Assembly: GCA_965219955.1 (NCBI GenBank)
Contig: OZ244799.1
Coordinates: 288,001-352,000 of the forward strand
Direction: 5' to 3'
From: a bacterium
Lineage (GTDB): Bacteria; UBA8248
Length of the DNA stretch: 64,000 nt
This document shows, one piece after another, positions 36,626 through 49,940 of the stretch. A program made the position numbers and the translations under genes. Below the pieces are notes generated by a model. That model ran no database searches and was not told the DNA's origin. It was given only the letters and a program-made list of their open reading frames with translations. The stretch's first letter is position 1, and the number at the start of each line of letters is the position of its first letter.

Positions 36626-38848
36626 TCAACCCCCGTTCAGCATGGCCGGCAGGCGGGATTTCTGCGGGCAAGGCTCTGAGGGTTCCGTACCTTCCACGAA
36701 TGCTTCCAGTATCGGTTCACCTTCGCACCAGGCCGAGGGCAGTTGGCCGGAGCGCGAATCCACCTTCACCAGCGTGATGCCCGGCGGCGGCTCGGGATTC
36801 CGCACTTCCGACTCCCTGCCTTCGAGCCAGCCTTTCATCGTTTCGATCCAGATGGGCAGGGCCGCGCTGCCGCCCGAGGCCCGGTAGCCCATGTGCTTGT
36901 TGTCGTCGCGGCCGACCCAGACCCCCAAAACGAGATCTTCCGAGAAGCCGATGAACCAGGCGTCCCGGAATTCGTTCGTGGTCCCTGTTTTTCCGGCCAG
37001 GAAGGCGCCGATCTCTTTGGCTTTTTTCCCGGTTCCGTTCGTGACGACGCCGCGCAGCAGCATTTTCGTCTGGTACGCCGTCTCGGGCGTGATGGCGAGG
37101 TGCGTCGTGGGAATGTTTTCCTCCAGTACCCGGTTTCTTCCGTCGGTGACCCTCGTGATCTCGTAGGGCCGCGCATACACGCCCCGCGTCGCAAATGGAA
37201 TGTAGGAAGCCGTGAACTGGTATGGCGACACCTCGATGGAGCCGAGCGCGAGCGAGAGATACGGGTTCATCTTCGAGCGGATGCCGAGCCGGTGCGCGAA
37301 GGTGACGGCCTTTTGCGGCCCCATCTGGTCCAGCAGCTTGATGGTCGCCAGGTTGAGTGACTTCTCGAGGGTTCTTCTCATGGTGACGGGGCCATAGAAC
37401 TTGTTGGTATAGTTTCTGGGCTTCCAGTCCTTGAGCGTCCCCGGCATGCGGCGCACGAAGGGGGTATCCATGAGAATGTGCGCAGGCGTGTAGCCCAGGG
37501 AAAGGGCCGTCCCCATGATGATGGGCTTGAAAGCCGAACCCGGCTGGCGCCGCGCCTGGGTGGCCCGGTTGTACGGGAAGCGGCGGAAGTTGGTACCTCC
37601 CGTCATGGCGCGAAGCGCTCCGGTTTTGGTGTCGAATGCGATGACGGCGCCCTGCACGGTCTCCTGCCAATCCAGGAAGAGTTTTTTCGATGCGCGGTCC
37701 ACCTTGATCACGCGCCCCAGAAGCAAATCGCCTTCCCTGAGCCTTTTGGGGTCGATGCGTCCGGGAAGAAGCATCTCCGCTTCGTAGTCCCCGATGATTC
37801 CGCTCACCGTCTTCCCGGTGATGTCCAGAACGTGGAACTGGAATCTGTTCCCCAGGCGCGGTGGCCTCTTGAGTTCCGTTCCGGGTTTCTTGAAGCCGCG
37901 CTTCACGTTGATTCTTTCCACCCCGCTGGTGAGCGCTTTGTGAGCAATTTTCTGCAGGCCGATATCAACCGTCGTATGGATTTGCAGACCGCTTTTGTAA
38001 AGCGATTGCCCGAACCTGCGGCTGAGGCCGATGCGTGTTTTTTCGATGAAGTAGGCGGCCTCGGGTACGATGTTGGCTACCCGGGGAACCAGTCGGAGCG
38101 GCTCTTCGCGAGCGATTTTTTCCTGTTCCTCGGTAATAAACCCGGATGCCGACATTCTTTTGATGACCAGATTGCGGCGCAGCAGCGCTTTGTCGGGATT
38201 GGTTTTGGGATTGAATCGCGTCGGAGCTTTGGGCAGTGCTGCGATCATGGCGGATTCGGCCAGAGTGAGCTGAGCGACCGTTTTCCCGAAATAGATTTGG
38301 GCCGCCGCCTCTACCCCGTACGCCCCGCTGCCGAGATAGATTTGATTCATGTAGAATTCGAGTATTTCATCTTTCGTGAAGCGTCGTTCGATCTCCAGGG
38401 CCAGCAATGCTTCCCGGATTTTCCGCTTCAGCTTTCTCTCGGGCGTCAGGAAGAGCACTTTCGCCAACTGCTGGGTAATGGTGCTGCCTCCCTGCACGAA
38501 TTTTCCCGCAATCATGTTCTTGACGAAAGCCCGGAAGATATCGGGATAGCTGACGCCCGGGTGATCATAAAATCGGCTGTCTTCTATGGCCAGGAACGCC
38601 TGCTGCAGCGTGGTGGGGATTTGTTTCAAGGGGATGGGTTTTCTTCTTTCCTGGTACAACTCCGCGAGCAGTTCACCTTCGCGGGCGTAAATGCGGGTGA
38701 TGGTGTTGGGTTTATAATTCTGGAGACGCTCGAGTTCGGGAAAATCGTAAAAATAAGTAAAGCTCGCGCCGATCCCCAGTCCGCATAAAATGGCCAGGAT
38801 GCCCAGCGTGAGAAGGGTTGATTTTCCGCGCCTGGAACGGGGCAGCAA
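36626..38848 (-). CDS. mrcA: Class A penicillin-binding protein 1A
   Basis: EDSRFYDH, GGSTITQQL, RKIRE transglycosylase motifs; SAFK, SLN, KTG transpeptidase motifs. Confidence 0.92.
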   Translation of the reverse strand: MLPRSRRGKSTLLTLGILAILCGLGIGASFTYFYDFPELERLQNYKPNTITRIYAREGELLAELYQERRKPIPLKQIPTTLQQAFLAIEDSRFYDHPGVSYPDIFRAFVKNMIAGKFVQGGSTITQQLAKVLFLTPERKLKRKIREALLALEIERRFTKDEILEFYMNQIYLGSGAYGVEAAAQIYFGKTVAQLTLAESAMIAALPKAPTRFNPKTNPDKALLRRNLVIKRMSASGFITEEQEKIAREEPLRLVPRVANIVPEAAYFIEKTRIGLSRRFGQSLYKSGLQIHTTVDIGLQKIAHKALTSGVERINVKRGFKKPGTELKRPPRLGNRFQFHVLDITGKTVSGIIGDYEAEMLLPGRIDPKRLREGDLLLGRVIKVDRASKKLFLDWQETVQGAVIAFDTKTGALRAMTGGTNFRRFPYNRATQARRQPGSAFKPIIMGTALSLGYTPAHILMDTPFVRRMPGTLKDWKPRNYTNKFYGPVTMRRTLEKSLNLATIKLLDQMGPQKAVTFAHRLGIRSKMNPYLSLALGSIEVSPYQFTASYIPFATRGVYARPYEITRVTDGRNRVLEENIPTTHLAITPETAYQTKMLLRGVVTNGTGKKAKEIGAFLAGKTGTTNEFRDAWFIGFSEDLVLGVWVGRDDNKHMGYRASGGSAALPIWIETMKGWLEGRESEVRNPEPPPGITLVKVDSRSGQLPSAWCEGEPILEAFVEGTEPSEPCPQKSRLPAMLNGG

Positions 38849-38913
38849 CGGATTGGTCCTCTTGGGAAAGGCGAACTTTCGAAGCGTCTCTCCGCGTTTT
38901 GCGGAGGCTTTTC

Positions 38914-38942
38914 ATTATAAATTTGCGACGTCCTTTTCGCAA
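38914..38942 (-). promoter_or_regulatory. Sigma70 promoter for PBP1A
   Basis: TTGCGA-N17-TATAAT on the minus strand. Confidence 0.65.
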
Positions 38943-39054
38943 TCACAGAAAAAAAGCGTTCGCTCGTTGACAAGGGCGGGCGGGGTCTACATAAAGGGAT
39001 GCGCAAACCGTGTGTGTATCCCGTCGCCCACTTGTCTCAAGGGGAGCGTATAGG

Positions 39055-39582
39055 GTGATCGAGCAATCGCGGGTTCTGGTGCTCAACCAGACGTATGAGC
39101 CGATAAACGTCTGCAACGCACGTCGTGCGATTCGCATGATGATCAACGGAAAAGCCGATACCGTCGAGACGAACGGTTTGCTTGTGCGCAGCGAAGCGAT
39201 GGAGTTTCACCTGCCCGCCGTCATACGGTTGAAAACGTATGTGTATGTTCCGCGCCGAAGCCGGATTCCGTTCAGCAAAAAGAACGTGATGCGCCGCGAC
39301 GAGAACACCTGTCAGTATTGCGGGGCGAAAGGCGGGTATTTGACGGTGGATCACGTCTTGCCGCGTTCCCGCGGCGGCCGCTCCACGTGGGAGAACGTGG
39401 TTTGCAGTTGCCGCAGATGCAACGCGAAAAAAGGGGACCGAACGCCGGACGAGGCCGGACTGAAGCTGAAAAAACAGCCCCATAAACCGAAATCGTTCAT
39501 ATTCCATCACCTGAATCATCGTTTTCCCCGTGCAGTGCAGCAAGTATGGGAAAAATACCTGCAACCCACGCCTCTCGCCTGA
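39055..39582 (+). CDS. HNH endonuclease (McrA/COG1403-like)
   Basis: VLVLNQTYEP, RRDENTCQYCG, LTVDHVLPRSRGG...WENVVCSCRRCNAKKG; start set to GTG 39055; TTGACA at 38967-38972 upstream. Confidence 0.9.
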   Translation: MIEQSRVLVLNQTYEPINVCNARRAIRMMINGKADTVETNGLLVRSEAMEFHLPAVIRLKTYVYVPRRSRIPFSKKNVMRRDENTCQYCGAKGGYLTVDHVLPRSRGGRSTWENVVCSCRRCNAKKGDRTPDEAGLKLKKQPHKPKSFIFHHLNHRFPRAVQQVWEKYLQPTPLA

Positions 39583-39669
39583 CCCGCAAGGTTTATCAGC
39601 CTTCCTTTATCCGCTAAACTTTTACCCGCCCGTTTTTCGAGCGCCTGACCCGGAGGCAGAGGACCCCTC

Positions 39670-41675
<2,006 letters not shown>

Positions 41676-41679
<4 letters not shown>

Positions 41680-43589
41680 GTGATTCCGCCCTTTCCCCCA
41701 GCTCTGTTTCCCTGGGCGAGGACCGCTCGTTTTTGAAGTCCTTGCCCGAAAAGCCGGGGATATACATTTTCAGGAACCGCGCGGGGGACGTGCTCTACGT
41801 CGGCAAGGCCTTGCGCCTGAGAAGCCGGGTGCGCAGTTATTTCGCAAAAAGGGCGGGCCGGGGTCCCTGGATCCAGAAGATGGTGGAGGAATCATCCACG
41901 GTTGAGCACATCGTGACGGCCAATGAAGTCGAGGCGCTCATCCTGGAGAGCAATTATGTCAAGAAGCACAAGCCCCGCCACAACGTGCTCCTGCGCGACG
42001 ACAAGCATTTCCCCTACATGAAGCTGAGCACGAGTGAGGACTACCCCCGCCTGAGCATCGTCCGCCGCCCCGCGGGTGACGGGGATTCCTACCTGGGGCC
42101 TTTCCCCTCGGCGAGCAGCCTGAGGCGCACGATTCGCTTCTTGCAGAAAACCTTTCACATCAGGCCCTGCACGGGCGGCCTGGAAGACAAGACGGCGAAG
42201 CGGTGCATCTATTTCCAGATGGGCCAGTGCCTGGGGCCGTGTGATGATTATCAAAGCAGCGAATCGTATCGGAGCGGCGTTGACGACGCGCTTGATTTCC
42301 TCAAGGGGAAGAACCGGGAACTGGTTCGAAGACTCAGGAAACAGATGCAGGAATACTCCGAGGATTTGCAGTATGAAGCCGCCGCCAAGGTTCGGGATCA
42401 GATCCAGGGCATCGAGCACGTCACCGAGCGGCAGACCATGCTTTCGGTGAAGGGGGGCGATCAGGACGTGCTCGGCTGCCACCGGGAGGAGGAGAAAGCG
42501 ACGTTTCGCCTGTTTTTCATTCGCGGCGGCAGGCTGCTGGGCGACCAGGGATTCCACGTCGCCGCCCGCGAGGGCGTTCCCGACGGAGAGGTCGTATCCG
42601 CTTTCGTGAAGCAGTATTACGGGGACAAGACGTTTTTCCCCGATGAAGTGCTCCTGCCTTCCGCCGTGGGCGACGCTTCGCTCATCGCGCAGTGGTTGTC
42701 CGAGAAGCGGGGGAAGAAGGTGTCCGTTTTTCATCCCCGGCGGGGAAACAAGCGACGGCTGGTCGAGATGGCGAGCGAAAACGCTTCGCACGCCCGGGAG
42801 CAGGAAAACGCCCAGCTCAGCAAGGAGCAGCAAACGCTGGAAGAGATTCGACAGGCGCTGGCGCTCGAGGAGTTGCCGGTTCGGATTGAAGCGTTCGACG
42901 TATCGAACCTGCAGGGGAGCAACATCGTCGGCGCCAGCGTCATGTTCCAGGACGGGCGTCCGCTCAAGGACGGCTACCGGCGCTACAGGATCAGGAGCGT
43001 GGCGGAATCGCCGGATGATTATTCCTCCATGCGCGAGATCGTCTTCAGGCGTCTGGAGCGTCTGGTGAACGAGGGAGGCGAGATGCCCGACCTCCTGCTT
43101 ATCGACGGCGGGAAGGGGCAACTCTCATCGGCCGCCTCGGCGCTTGAGGAACTCGGGCTTGCGGATGTGGCGCTCTGCGCGATCGCGAAGGGGAGAAGTT
43201 CCGAGAACCCCGATTCGCAGGACGTGATTTTTCTGCCCGGCCAGTCGGACCCCATCAGGCTCCAGGAGGGAAGCGCGGCGAAGCTCATGCTTCAAAAGAT
43301 TCGCGATGAGGTGCACCGCTTCGTCCTGACGTTCCACCGGACGCGGCGCAGACGCACCGGAATCAGGAGCGGCCTCGATGACGTGCCCGGCTTGGGCCCC
43401 AAGCGCAGGCGCGCGCTTCTGAGGACCTTCGGGAGCCTGCGGGGCGTTCTGGAGGCGAGCGACCTCAAGCTCCTGGAAGTGGAGGGCATCACGCCGAAAC
43501 TCGTCGCCGCCTTGCGGGAAAAACTCGGGGGTGAGAGCCCCCTCACCGAAGGAGCCGGGAAAGGCGTTTCCCGGACCAGCGAATCTTGA
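41676..43589 (+). CDS. uvrC: Excinuclease ABC subunit C
   Basis: GIY...YVG GIY-YIG domain, [22 protein letters not shown], HhH. Confidence 0.97.
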
Positions 43590-45121
43590 GAGCGAAGGAC
43601 GTCGGCTATTCCATATTCTCGGGCCTTTTGGTGGCGTCTTTGTTCCCGCCGTTTCAGTTCGAGGTCCTGGCCTTTATCGCGCTCGTTCCCCTCTTATGGG
43701 TTCTCGAGGGCAAAAAACCGCACGAAGCGTTCACCCTGGGGCTGGTGAGCGGCCTGGTTTCATTCGGAATCATCATCTGGTGGGTGAAGATTTCGATGGC
43801 CACCTACGGCGGGCTGCCGGCGTCGCTCGCGTGGCTGATTACCGCCGTCCTCGCGCTCTATCTGGCGCTCTACCCGGCGCTGTTCGCATTTTTCCTGGTG
43901 CGCATCCATGCGGGAGGCTCCGTTCTCACTTTCCTGCTCGCCGCGCCGCTGTGGGTCTCGCTGGAACTCCTGCGCGCCTATTTCATGACCGGCTTCCCGT
44001 GGGCGCTGCTTGGCTATAGCCAGTACCGCTACCTGCACGTCATCCAGATCGCCGATCTGGTGGGCGTGTACGGCGTGTCGTTCTTCATCGTGTTCGTCAA
44101 CGCGGCGATCTGGCATTTCTTCCGTTTTCCCCGGAAAGCGCCTTTCGCCCTCGCCATCGGCGTTTCGCTCGCCGCGGCGTTCGTCTGGGGTTATGGCTAT
44201 CTGCGGCTTCATGAGGTGCCCATCGAGACGGCGGGCGCGGCGCGCGCGGTCGGCATCGTTCAGGGAAACGTCGATCAGTCCGTGAAATGGTCTCCCAAGT
44301 GGAGGCGGGGCATTCTCGAGAATATGGGAAAGCTGACGAAGGAGTTGAGAGGGCGTTTCCCGAAAGATGGATCGGCCGCTCCCCCTCTCATCGTCTGGCC
44401 GGAGGCGGCGGCGCCCCTTGTCTACGGAAGACACGCACACGAACAAAAGTATCTCCGGGATGTCGCGAAGGACGCGAATTCCCACCTGCTCTTCGGCGTC
44501 ATCGGGAAGCGCGAGGTGAAACAAGGCCCCAAATTGACGAACTCGGCCTATCTTCTAAGCCCGGAGGGCGCCGAATCCGGCCGGTACGACAAGATGCACC
44601 TGCTGCCCTTCGGCGAATATGTCCCTCTGTCCAGGTTGTTGTTTTTCGTAAAAAAACTCGTGCCGGTCATCGGGGCGTTCAAACCCGGGGACAAGCCTGA
44701 GATATTTAGCGCCGCGAAAGGGAAATTCGGCGTCCTGATTTGTTTCGAAGTCATTTTTCCCCGCGTGGTGCGGCGGATGAAGAACGCGCAGTTTCTCGTC
44801 AACATCACGAACGATGCGTGGTTCGGCGAGACGGCGGCCTCCGAACAGCATCTGTCGATGGTCGCGTTCCGGGCGGTGGAGTTCCGGATGCCTGTCGTTC
44901 GCTCTGCCAACACGGGGATCAGCGCGCTCATCGACCCCACCGGAGCGATTCGGGTAAGAAGCCCCCTTTTCGAGGAGTGGATACACGCCGACGCCATTTC
45001 GCTGAAAAAAGACGCCCCCAGCGTGTATGCCAGGGTGGGGGATATGTTCGCCTATATCTGTGTTTTCTTTTCTGTGGCGGCGGTTTTGCTGTTCCGCTCC
45101 AGACGGGGCTCCCGGATGTGA
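43586..45121 (+). CDS. lnt: Apolipoprotein N-acyltransferase
   Basis: GFPWALLGYSQ, VQGNV, WPE, YDKMHLLPFGEY, ICFE, TNDAWFG. Confidence 0.95.
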   Translation: MRAKDVGYSIFSGLLVASLFPPFQFEVLAFIALVPLLWVLEGKKPHEAFTLGLVSGLVSFGIIIWWVKISMATYGGLPASLAWLITAVLALYLALYPALFAFFLVRIHAGGSVLTFLLAAPLWVSLELLRAYFMTGFPWALLGYSQYRYLHVIQIADLVGVYGVSFFIVFVNAAIWHFFRFPRKAPFALAIGVSLAAAFVWGYGYLRLHEVPIETAGAARAVGIVQGNVDQSVKWSPKWRRGILENMGKLTKELRGRFPKDGSAAPPLIVWPEAAAPLVYGRHAHEQKYLRDVAKDANSHLLFGVIGKREVKQGPKLTNSAYLLSPEGAESGRYDKMHLLPFGEYVPLSRLLFFVKKLVPVIGAFKPGDKPEIFSAAKGKFGVLICFEVIFPRVVRRMKNAQFLVNITNDAWFGETAASEQHLSMVAFRAVEFRMPVVRSANTGISALIDPTGAIRVRSPLFEEWIHADAISLKKDAPSVYARVGDMFAYICVFFSVAAVLLFRSRRGSRM

Positions 45122-45198
45122 TATGATGGCTGGAACCGCCCCGGTAGGCCCCATGCCTGGGGGTCCTGAAGTTCGATTTCGAAAGATTGGAGATGCAG

Positions 45199-46321
45199 AT
45201 GGAAGATGTATGCAGGAAATGTGAGCAACTGGAGGCGCGCCTCCTTGAACTGCGAGGGCGGCTTTGACCTCGATCGACTGGGAGCGGAATGCGCGAAACT
45301 CGATAAACTCGCCGGAGAAGAGGATTTCTGGAACGATCCCGAAGCCGCCCAGAACACGCTGAAAAAGCGCGCTTCGCTTGAAAAAACGATCCGCAACTGG
45401 GAGAACCTCAACGGGAGGCTCAACGAGCAGAAAGAGCTTCTCCAGCTTCTCCAGATGGAAGAAACGTCCGAATCGGAACTCCTGAGCGAAATCGAAGATG
45501 CTCTTTCCTCTCTTTTCAAGGAGATAGAGCGCCTGGAGTTCCACCTGGTCATGGACTCCGAGGAAGACAGGGCCAACGCCATATTCTCCGTGAACGCAGG
45601 CGCAGGCGGCGTCGAAAGCCAGGATTGGGCCGAAATGCTCTTGCGCATGTACACGCGATGGGCGGAGGAGAAGGGGTATCAGGCGCGCCTCGTTTCCATA
45701 CTCGGAGGGGAAGAGGCCGGCATCAAAAACGCTACCCTGATCATCCAGGGGGACTATGCTTACGGGTATCTTCGGGCGGAAGTCGGCGTGCATCGCTTGA
45801 TCAGGATTTCACCTTTCGACGCCAGCGCGAAGAGACACACCTCTTTCGCTTCCGTGGATGTCGTTCCGGAAGTGTCGGATGACGTGGAAATCGAGATCGA
45901 TGAGAACGATTTGCGGATCGACGTGTTCAGGAGTTCGGGCGCCGGCGGCCAGCATGTGAACACCACGGACTCCGCGGTGCGGATTACGCACATGCCCTCG
46001 GGCATCGTGGTCTCATGCCAGAACGAGCGAAGCCAGCACAAGAACCGCGCGACGGCCATGAAGCTGCTGCGCGGCCAGTTGTACGAAATGGAGAAACGAA
46101 AACGGGACGAGGAAAAAGAAGCGCAGCACGCCATGAAGAAAACCATCGGATTCGGGAGCCAGATTCGTTCCTACATCCTGCACCCCTACCGGATGGTGAA
46201 GGATCACCGAACAGACGTGGAGCGCTCGGACGTGAACGCCGTATTGGACGGGAATATCGATTCGTTCATTGACGCCTATCTCCTCTCATTGATACAGGAG
46301 AAGGCGAATGCGCGCGCGTAG
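45199..46321 (+). CDS. prfB: Peptide chain release factor 2 with programmed +1 frameshift
   Basis: Frame 0 MEDVCRKCEQLEARLLELRGRL ends at CTT TGA C (45262-45268) after an SD-like GAGGG; the +1 frame continues DLDRL... with SPF and GGQ motifs; alternative start 45193. Confidence 0.95.
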
Positions 46322-46405
46322 TCGCCGCCGGTCGAGCCGGATGGATGCGAATGGGGAAATCACAGTTCTATGAACGCGGAAAGAGAGCATGGGAGGAGCG
46401 TCCCC

Positions 46406-47941
46406 GTGGCGGATGAAGCGTCATCGTCGCCGGATGAGCGGGACGATGAAAACATTTTGACCCAGCAGCGGAGGAAGAAGCTCGAGGGGATTCGGGCGTC
46501 AGGAGCGAACCCCTTCGTGAACCGGTTTTCGACGACGCACCAGGTTGGCGTCATCGTCGGGGAATTCCGTGATGTGCCGGCGGACGGTTTCGATGAGGCG
46601 AAAGAGGCGGATTATTCCGTGGCGGGGAGAATCATCGCCAAGCGGGTGCAGGGGAAGGTTGCCTTTGTCGATCTGCGCGACGGTACGGGACAGATCCAGC
46701 TGTTCATCCGGATGAATGAGATCGGCGAGGAGGCGTTTCAATCCGCCAGGGATCTCGACATCGGCGATATCGTCGGGGCGGAGGGCGGGGTGTTCCGAAC
46801 GAGGATGGGCGAACTCTCCATCTGGGTCCGCCGGATAAGCCTCCTGACGAAGAGTTTGCGGCCGTTGCCAGAAAAGTGGCATGGCCTGAGAAACGTGGAG
46901 GCCCGCTACCGGCAGCGGTATGTGGACTTGATCGCAAACCCCGAGGTGGTCGAGGTATTCCGGGTGCGAACCCGGATGATTCAGTCGATACGCCGCTTTC
47001 TGGATGATCTGAATTTTATCGAGGTCGAAACCCCGATGATGCAGGCCATCGCCGGCGGGGCGACGGCGAGACCGTTCACGACCTACCACAATACGCTGGA
47101 GATGCCTCTGTTCCTTCGCGTGGCGCCCGAGCTCTACCTCAAGCGCCTGGTTGTGGGAGGGATGGATCGCGTCTACGAAATCAACCGCAACTTCAGGAAT
47201 GAAGGCATATCCACGCAGCACAACCCCGAATTCACCATGCTGGAATTCTATATGGCGTATGCGGACTACAACGACCTGATGGAATTGACGGAAAAGATGC
47301 TGGCGTCGCTGGCCCGGGAGATTTTGGGGAATGACGTGCTGAAATACGGGGACGAGGAAATCTCGTTTCGCCCGCCCTGGGCGCGGTATAAATGGCGCGA
47401 TTCCATCGTCGAAGTGGGCGGGGCGCCGGACGACGTATTGGAAGACCGGGGGAAAGCCCGCCTTTTCGCGAGAAAAATCGCGGAACCCAAGGGGTATCCC
47501 ATTCCGGATGATATGAGCCACGTCCACATCCTGGAGTACCTGTTCGAGGAACTGGTGGAGCCGAAGCTCAGGCAGCCCACTTTCGTCTATGATTTCCCGA
47601 AAGCCCTTTCACCGCTTTCCAAGAGCAGGGAGGACGACCCGGATATCGTGGAGCGGTTCGAACTCATCATCGCCGGGCGCGAGATCGCCAACGCCTACAC
47701 GGAGTTGAACGATCCTGACGATCAGCGCGCGCGCTTCGAGCAGCAGGAAGCGAAGAGGGCAGCCGGTGATGAGGAAGCCCATGAGATCGACTGGGATTAC
47801 CTGACGGCCCTGGAATACGGCCTGCCGCCTACGGCCGGCGAGGGGATCGGGATCGACAGGCTCGCGATGCTGCTGACGAATACGCATTCGATTCGCGACG
47901 TCATCCTTTTCCCCCTGTTGCGCAGACACCAGGACGGATGA
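46406..47941 (+). CDS. lysS: Lysine--tRNA ligase (class II)
   Basis: [35 protein letters not shown]; GTG start after GGAGGAG (alternative 46370). Confidence 0.97.
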   Translation: MADEASSSPDERDDENILTQQRRKKLEGIRASGANPFVNRFSTTHQVGVIVGEFRDVPADGFDEAKEADYSVAGRIIAKRVQGKVAFVDLRDGTGQIQLFIRMNEIGEEAFQSARDLDIGDIVGAEGGVFRTRMGELSIWVRRISLLTKSLRPLPEKWHGLRNVEARYRQRYVDLIANPEVVEVFRVRTRMIQSIRRFLDDLNFIEVETPMMQAIAGGATARPFTTYHNTLEMPLFLRVAPELYLKRLVVGGMDRVYEINRNFRNEGISTQHNPEFTMLEFYMAYADYNDLMELTEKMLASLAREILGNDVLKYGDEEISFRPPWARYKWRDSIVEVGGAPDDVLEDRGKARLFARKIAEPKGYPIPDDMSHVHILEYLFEELVEPKLRQPTFVYDFPKALSPLSKSREDDPDIVERFELIIAGREIANAYTELNDPDDQRARFEQQEAKRAAGDEEAHEIDWDYLTALEYGLPPTAGEGIGIDRLAMLLTNTHSIRDVILFPLLRRHQDG

Positions 47942-49203
47942 TGTCTTTATCCACGGAACTGTTCATCGGCTTCAGGCATTTGCGCTCGCGGAGCAAACTC
48001 GCCTTCGTCTCGCTCACCACCTGGATCTCCGTTCTGGGCATCGCGCTGGGCGTGGCCACCCTCATCGTCGTCGTGGGCGTCATGACGGGGTTCCAGCGCG
48101 AATTCCGCGACAAGATACTGGGCACGCAGAGTCACATCGTCATCACGAGGTCCGGCGCTACCCTGATGCGCGAATGGCGCGATATCCTGCAGAAGACGCG
48201 CGATCATGAGGGTGTGGTGGCGGCGAGTCCTTTCGTCTACGGGCAGGCGATGTTCTCGTTCAACAACCGCGTGCTGGGCGCGGTGGTGCGCGGCATCGTT
48301 CCGGATCAGGAAATCGACGTGACGGACATCAGAAGGTACTTGAAGGACGGTGTGCTGAAAAAGATTCTGGAGAAAACCAGCGCGGGCAGGCCCGGCATCA
48401 TCATCGGGGCCGAACTCGCGAAGAACTTGCACCTCAAAGAGGGTGACACGGTGATGATGGTCAGCCCCGTGGGGGTGGTTACGCCGATGGGCCTGGTGCC
48501 CCGGACGAAAAAGTTTCAGGTGGTGGGGATCTTCCGCAGCGGCTTTTATCAGTACGACGCCGGACTCTCGTTCATCTCGATGAAAGAGAGCCAGGCATTC
48601 TTCGGGTTCGGCAAATCCGTGACGGGGGTGCATTTGCGCGTGAAGGACATTTTTTCGGCGGAGCGCATTTCCCGCAAGATTCAGGGAACGCTCTCGGGGA
48701 ATTATTTGTCGCGCTCCTGGCAGGAAATGAACCGCAACCTGTTTTCCGCGCTGAAAACGGAAAAAACCACGCTCACCATCCTTCTTCTCCTCGTCGTCGT
48801 CGTGGCCGCCTTCAACATCATCGGTTCCCTGGTCATGGTGGTGATGGAGAAGGGGCGTGAAATCGCGATCTTGAAGTCGATGGGGGCTACGAGCGGCGCA
48901 ATCCTGAGGATATTCTTCGTGCAAGGCGCCTTCATAGGCCTGTTGGGCGCTGTACTGGGAACAAGCGGAGGACTCGTTCTGGGGTGGAATCTCCATATCG
49001 TTGAGGATTTCCTGGAACGCGCCTTTGGTCTGGACATACTACCGCCCAGCGTTTACCATATAGAGAAATTACCGGTGCAGATGACGCCATTTGATGTATC
49101 TGTTACTGCAGTGGTTGCTTTTATTATCTGTTTGGCGGCGACACTTTATCCAGCGTGGCGGGCTTCTCGCGTCGATCCGGTAGAAAATCTCCGTTATGGT
49201 TGA
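47938..49203 (+). CDS. lolE: Lipoprotein-releasing ABC transporter permease LolC/E
   Basis: [50 protein letters not shown]. Confidence 0.92.
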   Translation: MMSLSTELFIGFRHLRSRSKLAFVSLTTWISVLGIALGVATLIVVVGVMTGFQREFRDKILGTQSHIVITRSGATLMREWRDILQKTRDHEGVVAASPFVYGQAMFSFNNRVLGAVVRGIVPDQEIDVTDIRRYLKDGVLKKILEKTSAGRPGIIIGAELAKNLHLKEGDTVMMVSPVGVVTPMGLVPRTKKFQVVGIFRSGFYQYDAGLSFISMKESQAFFGFGKSVTGVHLRVKDIFSAERISRKIQGTLSGNYLSRSWQEMNRNLFSALKTEKTTLTILLLLVVVVAAFNIIGSLVMVVMEKGREIAILKSMGATSGAILRIFFVQGAFIGLLGAVLGTSGGLVLGWNLHIVEDFLERAFGLDILPPSVYHIEKLPVQMTPFDVSVTAVVAFIICLAATLYPAWRASRVDPVENLRYG

Positions 49204-49930
49204 TTCGGGCACATTGGAGATGAGTGAGTCTGCTTCACCAGAGGGTGTGTTGCCGCAGGTCATCGTCACCAGAGGACTGGAAAAATCATACCCCATGGGC
49301 AGCGGCGAGGTGATGGCCCTGAGCGGAGTCGACCTCGAGGTTGGTCATGGCGAGATGGTGGCCCTCATGGGGGTCTCCGGAGCGGGGAAAACCACCTTGC
49401 TCCATCTATTGGGAGCGCTCGACAGGCCGACGAAAGGCGAAGTGATTCTGGAGGGCAAAAACCTCTCTGATTGCTCAGAAGCCGAATTGGCTCGATTGAG
49501 AAATCAGCATGTGGGTTTTGTGTTCCAGTTTCATCACTTGCTGCCGGAGTTTTCCGGCCTGGAAAATGTTATGATACCCGGGCTGCTTCGCGGCGCCCGG
49601 AAAAAAGAGGTGGAGGAGCAGTCGAAGGAATTGTTGAGCCGGATAGGGTTGGCCGACAGGTGGAATCATCGGCCTGGAGAACTTTCCGGGGGAGAGCAAC
49701 AAAGGGTTGCTATTGCCCGCGCGTTAATTAACAATCCTTCTGTGGTGCTCGCGGATGAACCAACGGGGAATCTGGATTCATCGACTGCAGAAACGATCTT
49801 TGAACTGCTTCGGGAAATTAACGAAAGAAGCAGACAAACGATTTTGGTGGCGACGCACAATTCTTCGATGGCGGAAAGAATGGATCGTGTGATCGCCGTG
49901 GTGGACGGAAAAATAGCTCATAAAAAGTAA
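49196..49930 (+). CDS. lolD: Lipoprotein-releasing ABC transporter ATPase
   Basis: GVSGAGKTT, GFVFQFHHLL, LSGGEQQR, ADEPTGNLD. Confidence 0.93.
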   Translation: MVDSGTLEMSESASPEGVLPQVIVTRGLEKSYPMGSGEVMALSGVDLEVGHGEMVALMGVSGAGKTTLLHLLGALDRPTKGEVILEGKNLSDCSEAELARLRNQHVGFVFQFHHLLPEFSGLENVMIPGLLRGARKKEVEEQSKELLSRIGLADRWNHRPGELSGGEQQRVAIARALINNPSVVLADEPTGNLDSSTAETIFELLREINERSRQTILVATHNSSMAERMDRVIAVVDGKIAHKK

Positions 49931-49940
49931 GGAGGGCCGT

